This document shows positions 12,173 through 23,192 of a DNA stretch of 64,000 nt, one piece after another. Position 1 is the first letter of the stretch. Each line of letters starts with the position of its first letter. A model generated the notes under the pieces. The model searched no databases. It was not told the DNA's origin and saw only the letters and a program-made list of their open reading frames with translations. Made by a program: the position numbers and the translations under genes. Origin of the DNA: Haliotis rufescens (Eukaryota); contig NW_025964057.1 of the NCBI RefSeq assembly GCF_023055435.1, forward strand, positions 3,410,001 through 3,474,000. The letters are read 5' to 3'.

Positions 12173-15100
12173 CTGGAGGAGACAGCAAAACAACTAATTA
12201 TCATTCCTGGTGACCCTTGGTAGCTAGTGCTCACTTTGCAGTAATACTCTGGATCTTAGACTTGGCCCATAGTTAATTGTATTTTACAGGATCAACTTTC
12301 AGTACTCTCAGTGTGATAATCGTTGAAGGTTCTCACACAGGTTGTTCATCTGGAACTAGTTGTATGCAGTCTGCATCTCCTGAAAAATGCTGCATATATG
12401 GATACCCAAAGAAATCTTTTGAACCTGAAAATATTAACATCTTACAGCCGTTCTCAGTGAATGGGGTAGCCAAGGCACCACGATTTGCTTGAAGAGTTGT
12501 GTCCCCTGGACATGCCAGGAACCTATGATCCCTAAACCTTGAAAGATAATGGTTATGAGTGAGTGAGTGAGTGAGTTGGGTTTAACACCGCTTTTTACAG
12601 TATTCCAGTTATATCGCGGCGTGTCAGCTTAATGTGGGAGGAAAGCTCGAAGTGATGCAGGTCTCAGACGTTTACCACTTCCGTGAAACCCACGAGCACG
12701 GGTATGGTGCTGACAAACCTGGAAACATAATGAGGGCGACCCGGGATTTGAACCCACAATCATAGGTTTCCGGCGTGCCCAATGGACGCTTTTCTGCCCA
12801 GCAAATCGCGGCTCCTTAGACAACTGGGCCATCCTAATGCCCCCTAATGGTTATAAGGCAAATAGATACCCATTCTTCTAAATTGTCGGTCTCCGTAGGG
12901 CGTGGGGGTGGTTATAAAGATTGGTCTAGAATTGGGTCGGGCACATATTAGGGCTTAATATGGTTAACACAGTAAATCAAAGAAGACTGTAAATATCTGA
13001 GACCATACAAGACCAACCAATGGTGAATACCATAAACATTGTGGTTGTCAAGGTAACACACAGCCAAGTCACACATTGTTGTTGTCAGGGTAACACACAG
13101 CCAAGTCAAACATTTTTGTCAGGGTAACACACAGCCAAGTCACACATTGTTGTTGTCAGGGTAACACACAGCCAAGTCACACATTGTTGTTGTCAGGGTA
13201 ACACACAGCCAAGTCACACATTGTTGTTGTCAGGGTAACACACAACCCAGTCACACATTGCTGTTGTCAGGGCAACACACAGCCAAGTCACACATTGTTG
13301 TTGTCAGGGTAACACAGAGCCAAGTCACACATTGTTGTTGTCAGGGTAACACAGAGCCAAGTCACATGTTGTTGTTGTCAGGGTAACACACAGCCAAGTC
13401 ACATGTTGTTGTCAGGGTAACACACAGCCAAGTCACATGTTGTTGTCAGGGTAACACACAGCCAAGTCACATACATTGTTGTTGTCAGGGTAACACACAG
13501 CCAAGTCACATGTTGTTGTCAGGGTAACACACAGCCAAGTCACACACATTGTTGTTGTCAGGGTAACACACAGCCAAGTCACACATTGTTGTTGTCAGGG
13601 TAACACACAGCCAAGTCACACATTGTTGTTGTCAGGGTAACACACAGCCAAGTCACATGTTATAATCCCCTCCAAGTCAGCACATCCGTGAGACTCTGGG
13701 GACCTATTCTGCCTTATGTCCTCCAAAAGGACAGTTGGTACATCAACAGGGGTGGATGTTCAAGGTCACCAAATATTTCTTTTATAGATTTGATCAAAAC
13801 AAGAAAAGTACACATTATTTGCACAACCTCTTCATCATGGATTAGAAAGACAAAAAATGCAAAAATCTAACAAAACATAACTTTAGTCTTTTTTAATAAT
13901 ATTTACCCAGTAATATATTTTGGTCTAAGATAAGTAATTGTCATCCCACAAGTTCAGTATGTACCTGCAGTTTCTTGTCTGCCAACTGTCGGATGGCGAC
14001 GGCGACGTCCCGGCAAGCTGTAGGGTACCGGCGTTCATAGTCAGACATGACACATGACTTTGTTGTGTCCTTGACCTTCTCAAACAGAACTGTGACAGCA
14101 CTCTCTCCTAGATACTCCACTTCTCCATAGAGTATGGGGACACGTAGTACGCCATTACCTGCAGGACACAGCACCATACAGCACCAGGACCATACAACAT
14201 TGAGCTCTCACCAACAGTCTCACAGAATTACACCAACATTGAGCTCTCACCAACAGTCCCACAGAAATACACCAACATTGAGCTCTCACCAACAGTCCCA
14301 CAGAAATACACCAACATTGAGCTCTCACCAACAGTCTCACAGAAATACACCAACATCCAAAGGTGTACAAGATGACAAAAATCAAATCTGCTAATGACAT
14401 ATAACTCAGAACAAGGTTTAAGATTGGTTCATTGTCTCAGGTATGGACTCATTGTCATCCAAAATCACCTGAAGAGTGTTTTACAAATTTAGTAATGATA
14501 TAGAAGAATGTCCTATCAAAAAATGTGATAACACACTGAAAATGTCCTGATTTCATTTGTCCACAGGAAAATCGACATATAATGATATAGCCTCTTGGAG
14601 ACTTCACGAACACATGGTGATACATATAAGCAATTGTAGCTGTTGAAATGCTGTGGTATAAAATGCTACACAACTTTCTGTGACTTTTACAAACCTTTAT
14701 CAGTTTCCAGAGTGACTTTCTCCCCTTCATATTTGCTCTGGCCGTACATGTTGAGCGGCGATGGCTGGTCCGTCACTGTGTATGGAGGCTTGGACCCATC
14801 AAACACGTAGTCAGTACTCACAAACAGCACCCATGCCCCCACCTTGCCTGGAACACGAAACTCACGATAATACCCACGCCCCTACCTTGCCTGGAACATG
14901 AAACTCACGATAATACCCACGCCCCTACCTTGTCTGGAACATGAAACTCACGATAATACCCACGCCCCTACCTTGCCTGGAACACGAAACTCAAGATAAC
15001 ACCAACGCCCCTACCTTGCCTGGAACATGAAACTCACGATAATACCCACGCCCCTACCTTGTCTGGAACATGAAACTCACGATAACACCCACGCCCCTAC

Positions 15101-18100
15101 CTTGCCTGGAACATGAAGCTCAAGATAACACCAACGCCCCTACCTTGTCTGGAACATGAAACTCACGATAACACCCACGCCCCTACCTTGCCTGGAACAT
15201 GAAACTCAAGGTAACACCCACGCCCCTACCTTGCCTGGAACATGGAACTCAAGGTAACACCCACGCCCCAACCTTGCCTGGAACATGAAACTCAAGGTAA
15301 CAGCCTCGCCCCTACCTTGTCTGAAACATGAAACTCAAGGTAACATCCACGCCCCCACCTTGCCTGGAACATGAAACTCACGATAACACCCTTGCCCCTA
15401 CCTTGCCTGGAACACGAAACTCAAGATAACACCCACGCCCCTACCTTGCCTGGAACATGAAACTCAAGGTAACACCCTCGCCCCTACCTTGTCTGGAACA
15501 TGAAACTCAAGGTAACACCCTCGCCCCTACCTTGCCTGGAACACGAAACTCAAGATAACACCCACGCCCCTACCTTGCCTGGAACATGAAACTCAAGGTA
15601 ACACCCACGCCCCTACCTTGTCTGGAACATGAAACTCACGATAACACCCACGCCCCTACCTTGCCTGAAACATGAAACTCACGATAACAACCACGCTCCT
15701 ACCTTGCCTGAAACATGAAACTCAAGGTAACACCCACGCGCTCCTACCTTGCCTGAAACATGAAACTCAAGGTAACACCAACGCGCCCCTACCTTGCCTG
15801 GAACATGAAACTCACGATAACACCTACGCTCCTACCTTGCCTGAAACATGAAACTCAAGGTAACACCCTCGCCCCTACCTTGTCTGGAACACGAAACTCA
15901 AGATAACACCCACGCCCCTACCTTGCCTGGAACATGAAACTCAAGGTAACACCCTCGCCCCTACCTTGCCTGGAACATGAAACTCAAGATAACACCCACG
16001 CCCCTACCTTGCCTGAAACATGAAAATCAAGGTAACACCCACGCCCCTACCTTGCCTGAAACATGAAACTCAAGGTAACACCCACGCCCCTACCTTGCCT
16101 CGAACATGAAACTCAAGGTAACACCCACGCCCCTACCTTGTCTGAAACATGAAACTCATGATAACACCCACGCCCCTACCTTGCCTGGAACATGAAACTC
16201 AAGGTAACACCCACGCTCCTACCTTGCCTGGAACATGAAACTCACGATAACACCCACGCCCCTACCTTGCCTGGAACATGAAACTCAAGGTAACACCCAC
16301 GCCCCTACCTTGCCTGGAACATGAAACTCAAGGTAACACCCACGCCCCTACCTTGCCTGAAACATGAAGCTCAAGATAACACCCACGCTCCTATTTTGCC
16401 TGGAACATGAAACTCAAGGTAACACCCACGCCCCTACCTTGCCTGAAACATGAAGCTCAAGATAACACCCACGCTCCTATTTTGCCTGGAACATGAAACT
16501 CAAGGTAACACCAACGCGCCCCTACCTTGCCTGGAACATGAAACTCAAGGTAACACCCACGCCCCTACCTTGCCTGAAACATGAAGCTCAAGATAACACC
16601 CACGCTCCTATTTTGCCTGGAACATGAAACTCAAGGTAACACCCACGCCCCTACCTTGTCTGAAACATGAAACTCAAGGTAACACCCACGCCCCTACCTT
16701 GCCTGGAACATGAAACTCAAGGTAACACCCACGCCCCTACCTTGCCTGGAACATGAAACTCAAGGTAACACCAACGCGCCCCTACCTTGCCTGGAACATG
16801 AAACTCACGATAACACCCACGCCCCTACCTTGCCTGAAACATGAAACTCACGATAACAACCACGCTCCTACCTTGCCTGAAACATGAAACTCAAGGTAAC
16901 ACCAACGCGCTCCTACCTTGCCTGAAACATGAAACTCAAGGTAACACCAACGCGCCCCTACCTTGCCTGGAACATGAAACTCACGATAACACCTACGCTC
17001 CTACCTTGCCTGAAACATGAAACTCAAGGTAACACCCACGCCCCCACCTTGTCTGGAACACGAAACTCAAGGTAACACCCACGCCCCTACCTTGCCTGAA
17101 ACATGAAACTCAAGGTAACACCCACGCCCCTACCTTGCCTGGAACATGAAACTCAAGGTAACACCCACGCCCCTACCTTGCCTGGAACATGAAACTCAAG
17201 GTAACACCCACGCCCCTACCTTGTCTGAAACATGAAACTCATGATAATACCCACGCCCCTACCTTGTCTGGAACATGGAACTCAAGGTAACACCCACGCC
17301 CCTACCTTGCCTTGAACATGAAACTCAAGGTAACACCCTCGCCCCTACCTTGCCTGGAACATGAAACTCAAGGTAACACCCTCGCCCCTACCTTGTCTGG
17401 AACATGAAACTCAAGGTAACACCCACGCCCCTACCTTGCCTGGAACATGAAACTCACGATAACACCCACGCCCCTACCTTGTCTGGAACATGAAACTCAA
17501 GATAACACCAACGCCCCTACCTTGCCTGGAACATGAAACTCAAGATAACACCACAGCCCCTACCTTGCCTGGAACATGAAACTCAAGGTAACACCCACGC
17601 CCCTACCTTGCCTGAAACATGAAACTCAAGGTAACACCCACGCCCCTACCTTGCCTCGAACATGAAACTCAAGGTAACACCCACGCCCCTACCTTGTCTG
17701 AAACATGAAACTCAAGGTAACACCCACGCCCCTACCTTGCCTGGAACATGAAACTCAAGGTAACACCCACGCCCCTACCTTGCCTGAAACATGAAACTCA
17801 CGATAACACCCACGCCCCTACCTTGCCTGAAACATGAAACTCACGATAACACCCACGCCCCTACCTTGCCTGAAACATGAAGCTCAAGATAACACCCACG
17901 CTCCTATTTTGCCTGGAACATGAAACTCAAGGTAACACCCACGCCCCTACCTTGCCTGGAACATGAAACTCAAGGTAACACCCACGCCCCTACCTTGCCT
18001 GGAACATGAAACTCAAGGTAACACCCACGCCCCTACCTTGTCTGGAACATGAAACTCAAGATAACACCAACGCCCCTACCTTGCCTGAAACATGAAACTC

Positions 18101-20202
18101 ACGATAACAACCACGCTCCTACCTTGCCTGAATCATGAAACTCAAGGTAACACCAACGCGCCCCTACCTTGCCTGGAACATGAAACTCACGATAACACCT
18201 ACGCTCCTACCTTGCCTGAAACATGAAACTCAAGGTAACACCAACGCGCCCCTACCTTGCCTGGAACATGAAACTCACGATAACACCTACGCTCCTACCT
18301 TGTCTGGAACATGAAGCTCAAGGTAACACCTACGCTCCTACCTTGCCTGGAACATGAAACTCAAGGTAACACCAACGCCCCTACCTTGCCTGAAACATGA
18401 AACTCAAGGTAACACCCACACCCCTACCTTGCCTGGAACATGAAACTCACGATAACGCCCACGCCCCTACCTTGCCTGAAACACGAAACTCAAGGTAACA
18501 CCCACGCCCCTACCTTGCCTGGAACATGAAACTCAAGGTAACACCCATGCCCCTATCTTGCCTGAAACACGAAACTCACGATAACATCGACGCCCCTACC
18601 TTGCCTGAAACACGAATCTTACAATAACACCCACGCCCCCATCTTGAGCTACGTTGTGTCAGGTGTAACCCTACTCAGAGGCAAATGTGGGAAAAATGCA
18701 ACTCATCTGGCGAGGACCCCAGCCGGGGGATGTGCTACACATATGGGTGAGTGAGTGAGTGAGTGAGTGCGTATGTCGCAAAACAGTACATAACAAACTC
18801 TCTACAGCGAACTAACGATAGCCATCTGATATCTGATCCCCAACAAGCCCAAATACCACTCATGTTTCTGAGCGAAAAGGTTTTTCTGAACAATGTTTAT
18901 GCATCGAACTGATTTCTCCGGTCCCTTGTAGTTCATTATATCCATGTTCTACTGTAAAAACAATACTGGGATTTCCATGCAGTCCATCAAGTCCATGATA
19001 AAGTAATCTAGTGCATTCTCCGAAATACTGTTGTGACATGAAACCTCTTTCAGCTTCGGGAATTATTGTTGGCAGTATGGTTTTATGCAGCTTTTAGTCA
19101 TATCACAGCGGGGGACACCAGAAACGGGCTTCACACATTGTAGCCATATTGGGAATCGAACCCAGTCTTTGGTGTGATGAACAAATGCTTTAACCACAAG
19201 GCTACCCCACCACCCCACTACACATCGTGGTCCAGCCTACCTGCCTCTGTGCACAGGGTCCGTGTAGCATCAATGTTGATCTTCTGTGTGGCCTCGGGTT
19301 GACTCTCAACAACGTCTGGACGTCGTTCCGCTGCAGCATGGATTACACAAGATGGCTGGAAGATACAATTACAGGACATACCAGATGTACCAGCTACAAG
19401 GAAATAATGTCTGTCCACAGAGAAGCGTGTTGTGTCAAGCAAAAGGCTAAGCACATTAACCCATGAAGTGCAGATAATTTGTAATTCACAATGTCAAGAT
19501 TACAAACGATGAGGTTTCAACAGGTTTGTGTAAAACAGCTATGTCACTATTCTGACGCTTGGTGCAATGTGACCGGTCATTTCACATGGGGAAAAAGACA
19601 GAATACATTGAATGAAGCTATCACATTGATGGAACTTGAAGTACTAGTTTTTCGTTCATTCGTTTGTTTGTTGTTTAACGCCGCACTCAGGAATATTCCA
19701 GCTATATGACGGCAGTCTGTAAAGAATCAAGCCTGGACCAGACAATCCAGTGATTAACATGTGCATCGCTCCACGCAATTGGGATACGATGACATGCATC
19801 AACCAAGTCAGTGAGCCTGACCACCTGATCCCGTTAGTCGCCTCTTACGAGAAGCATCGTCGCCTTTTACGGCAAGCATGGGTTGCAGAAGACCTTTTCT
19901 AACACGTATCTTCACAGGTCACTGGTTTTTCAATCCATTGATGAATATACATTAAAAATTCATTATTACCAAGACGGTAATCAAACATCTAATTATCATG
20001 AACATGAAGCACATACCTTGAACTCTTGTATAACTTGCTGGATGGCACTGGGATTGGTTAAATCAACCTTTTTCAGTTTGTCGCCACTTCTGGAGAACGC
20101 CAGCCCCAGAACCTCCCATGACGGAGCAGCAGAAAACTCTTGAAACACAGCTCTCCCCAGCAGTCCTGACGCTCCCGTGATCAGCACTCGCTTCAACGCC
20201 AT
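11921..20202 (-). CDS. MAT2B: Methionine adenosyltransferase 2 subunit beta (RmlD-like extended SDR), 299 aa; join complement(20017..20202,19241..19355,14695..14847,13965..14158,11921..12172)
   Basis: Five exons with GT-AG sites and matching phases 0/1/1/0 total 900 nt. Protein has the Rossmann motif ITGASGLLG, HAAAERRPDVVE, STDYVFDG, the SDR YxxxK (YGQSK), LRVPILYG, RYPT, GTFHWS and TKYDMA, all typical of MAT2B. Confidence 0.95.
12556..12844 (-). mobile_element. SINE family A copy in MAT2B intron 4
   Basis: Reverse complement of the 4836-5111 element, with a (TGAG)n tail. Confidence 0.85.
13035..13660. repeat. About 37-bp minisatellite (TTGTTGTCAGGGTAACACACAGCCAAGTCACACA) in MAT2B intron 4
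   Basis: About 17 tandem units. Confidence 0.95.
13965..14158 (-). CDS. MAT2B: MAT2B coding exon 4 (GNGVLRVPILYG...KKLQ)
   Basis: Acceptor CTGCAG|, donor CAG|GTACAT, 194 nt, phase 1->0. Confidence 0.93.
14195..14356. repeat. 39-bp tandem repeat x4 in MAT2B intron 3
   Basis: Unit CACCAACATTGAGCTCTCACCAACAGTCCCACAGAAATA. Confidence 0.9.
14695..14847 (-). CDS. MAT2B: MAT2B coding exon 3 (GKVGAWVLFVSTDYVFDG...YGQSKYEGE...)
   Basis: Acceptor TTCCAG|, donor AAG|GTTTGT, 153 nt, phase 1->1. Not in the ORF track; translated by hand. Confidence 0.93.
14828..18645. repeat. 43-bp minisatellite (about 88 units) overlapping the MAT2B intron 2/exon 3 junction
   Basis: Unit CCCACGCCCCTACCTTGCCTGGAACATGAAACTCAAGGTAACA; the first unit includes the start of exon 3. 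Confidence 0.97.
19241..19355 (-). CDS. MAT2B: MAT2B coding exon 2 (PSCVIHAAAERRPDVVE...CTEA)
   Basis: Acceptor TTCCAG|, donor CAG|GTAGGC, 115 nt, phase 0->1. Confidence 0.93.
19651..19921 (-). mobile_element. SINE family B copy in MAT2B intron 1
   Basis: Reverse-complement match. Confidence 0.85.
20017..20202 (-). CDS. MAT2B: MAT2B coding exon 1 (MALKRVLITGASGLLG...QEFK)
   Basis: ATG at 20202, donor AAG|GTATGT, 186 nt, phase 0. An acceptor TGTAG| lies 10 nt upstream of the ATG (exon start 20212), implying a further 5' UTR exon. Confidence 0.93.
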
Positions 20203-20998
20203 TCTCAGTAGTCTACAGTTGTATACGAAATATATCAGTACATATACTCATAGACCATGAGGACTACATTCCAAATCTAATACAATGAATTGCTAAATAT
20301 GATTGTTTGTTGGTTGTTTAATGCTGCGCTCAGCAATATTCCAGCTATATGATGACAGTCTGTAAATAATCCGAGTCTGATCCATCCTGTTTCACCCGCC
20401 AGTCAGCGATATTTACTTCACATCATGGCGGCATGTTTGTTTGTTGTTTAACGCCGCACTCAGCAACATTCCAGGGAAATGACGATGTAAATAATCGAGC
20501 CTGGACGAGACAATCCAGTGATTGACATCATGAGCATTGATCCACGCAATTGGGATATGATGACCTGCACCAACCAAGTCAACAAGCCTGACCACCCGAT
20601 CCTGTTAGTCGCCTCTTACAACAAGCATAGTCACCTATGGGCAAGCATTGGCTGCTGAAGATCTATTCTACCCTGGACCTTCACGGGTCTGCTTAATATG
20701 AATATAGATATTCATGTTAGATACAAAATTGGGGAGTGTGGGTCATCACATCTCTAAAATGATCAGCATGAGACATCGGACTATCAACGGAGAGCAACTC
20801 AGACCAGGAGTATGGTGGTGTCTATGTATTAGTTAATACACAATATTATTTGTTTGTTTCTTTGTTGTTTATCACCACGCTCAGCAGTATTCCAGCTGTA
20901 TGACGGCGGTGTGTAAATAACTGAGTCTGAACCAGACAAACCAGTGATTGACATCATGAGCATCGATCTACACAATTGGGAGATGATGACTGCATCAA

Positions 20999-21485
20999 CA
21001 GTGTTCCTGTTTACCGGTAATTACAAGTTTTTCACCGGTGAAATTAGGCTTATACCGGTAATTCATGTGACTGCCAGTCCCTGTGGACCGGCAAATAAAG
21101 TACCTTATTAATCTTTGTTGAACAAAACAACGGCGATATTCATATAAGTATATTTTTCAAATGAAGTCAGCTTGTCTAGGGTTTCCCCTTGTCTATTTCT
21201 AGTGCAAGGATATAACATATATATTTGTAGCGACCTAGTCTCGAAATATTAAAAAAGAAGAGAGAATTGTGACTTAACTTTGAGTGAATGACGAGTAGAT
21301 ATAACTATGCTACTTCAGAGATGACATCACTGCATTGAACATGATGTTGAAAGAATTAATACCAGGTAATTTTCATACATTTTTTTATTTGTTGAAAGTT
21401 GGGACTGAGAAAAATTTGAGGGGACTGGTAATTTTTAAAGTTGCCAGTCCAGGACTGGCAGTTTCAAAAGCCAGCAGGAATACTG
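20999..21485. mobile_element. hAT-like MITE inserted in a SINE-B copy
   Basis: TIR CAGTGTTCCTG/CAGGAATACTG; flanks CATCAA/AATCAA; subterminal ACCGGTAATT and GCCAGTCC repeats. Confidence 0.65.
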
Positions 21486-22969
21486 AATCAACCAACCAAG
21501 GCAGAGAGTATGCACGATCACTCCAAGGTCCCAAGCACTCCGTATTCGTCATTAGAGCGGAGTAATGTGGATTAGTTTGCTACCATGTCCGACCTGTGCA
21601 TTGTGCATCATCATGTAGAGATGACGGGGATTGCTGCTCATGATATCAATCTTAGTTTGCCTGGATGATTTGATTACTTGCATGACAAAGCTGGAATAAT
21701 ACCGATTGTGGCAGTCCCTCATGCAGACCCTGGAACATATATATCCAATACCACCCATACAAGGCCATAACAGTTGGCAAGTCTAGATTACTGCAGTTTT
21801 AGGCTGAAAGTGAAGAGAGTCTCTCAGCTAATTTTATTTATATTATATTAAAATTATATTGAAAATATTAAAAATGTTTCTATTTTTTCTGTAAAATATT
21901 TTCATAACAGAGACAAGAAGTCAGTCAATTATTACAGTATAAAACAACAATCGCTACCATCATGGAACTGAGCTGGACAGATAAGAAAATTAATGTTCCC
22001 TACCATACATATCTGTAAAACATGGATCAGATGTTTTAAAGCCATAGACAGCCTGTACATAATAGAGCATGCACCACATAAACATGAGATGTGGACTATT
22101 TGTTACAAAAATGTTCAAATGCCTTTAATACGTAAAATTTACTTTTATCTGCAAATAACTTATTTACTTAATCCCATCTGCCTACAATCACCTCTCATCA
22201 AGTGAATCCCCTACTTCACAGACAGCCTAATCACATCAGTCATGGTTGACTAGATTACAAATCCACCAGTTGATACCTTTCCAATGCAGTAGAATAACGC
22301 AAACAGGGTGGGGACTATACACAAGTATTATAATTATAACAAAATAAATTGCTATATTTCCATGACATATTGTTCCATCCTCAAACTGGACATTTTCATC
22401 CTGGTATTGACAACATTATCAAAGTAGCCGCCACGTTTATTTTGAAGTATTGACACCGTAATGTGCCATGAAACATGTCGTTCAGCAGGTAAAGGTGTAA
22501 TGTCAAGTCCGTACTGGTCGGCCTATTGGTCCATATCCTTGTATTTTACAAGGAGAATCTAGCTGAAGACACATAAGTAATGTATTATTTACAAACTGAT
22601 ATGCTTTCAGTATAGATCTAATTTGAAAAACATTTCATGATCATGATATTTCACCAGTGTTGACAGCTATCTAATTACAATTTCACATCGGTTGAATTGA
22701 AATAAGCGGTAGATCACACCAGTAACTAAAGTGACGCCAGTTACCTTTATTAAGTGCAGGCGTGATTGATGCGGTTTTATTGTCACAAGCTTTTGCACCG
22801 ATTTACTTATATCAGGCAGACTTACAATAGTTACACGTTGTTTACCATTGACTGAAACACCAATCAGGAAAGACAACTCTCCGGTGTGTCCGTATTCAGA
22901 AGTTCCTTGCATCGTTAACTACAGTGACAAGAATGTTAGTGACGCCTAAATGTCGATGTAAAGAGTTTA

Positions 22970-23090
22970 CTTGCGCTCGTTTCGCTGTCATTCGGCACAT
23001 CTCGGGCAGCCCCGCTGAACGTCCTTTTCTCATATATAGCTTCGAGAAAACTGAGATCTAACAAAGTAATTCAGATCGTGTATTTCTAAA
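22970..23090. promoter_or_regulatory. Probable bidirectional promoter between MAT2B (-) and the Scm3/HJURP-like gene (+)
   Basis: Local CpG-rich patch. A minus-strand donor CAA|GTAAAC at 22971/22970 could end a MAT2B 5' UTR exon. The plus-strand ATG lies in an AAAATGGCGG (YY1-like) context 120 nt away. Confidence 0.5.
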
Positions 23091-23192
23091 ATGGCGGGCT
23101 GTTTCAATCCAAACAGTATGGAGGAATTTATGGTGTCAGCTGATGCAAGTTTGAAACGATTCGAAACGAATTTTGACATGATATGTTCAAAG
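23091..23192 (+). CDS. Scm3/HJURP-like exon 1 (MAGCFNPNSMEEFMVSADASLKRFETNFDMICSK)
   Basis: AAAATGGCG start context, donor AAG|GTACAT, 102 nt, phase 0. Confidence 0.85.

Noticed and set aside
14828-18645. METTL16/METT-10 type m6A control of the repeated acceptor
   Set aside because: The UACAGA(G/A)AA target motif is not present in the unit (acceptor context is UUCCAG|GCAAG).
11921-20202. Bacterial-type dTDP-4-dehydrorhamnose reductase (rmlD) or horizontal transfer
   Set aside because: The gene has spliceosomal introns and MAT2B-type motifs (AAERRPD, GTFHWS, TKY), as expected for the ordinary animal homologue.
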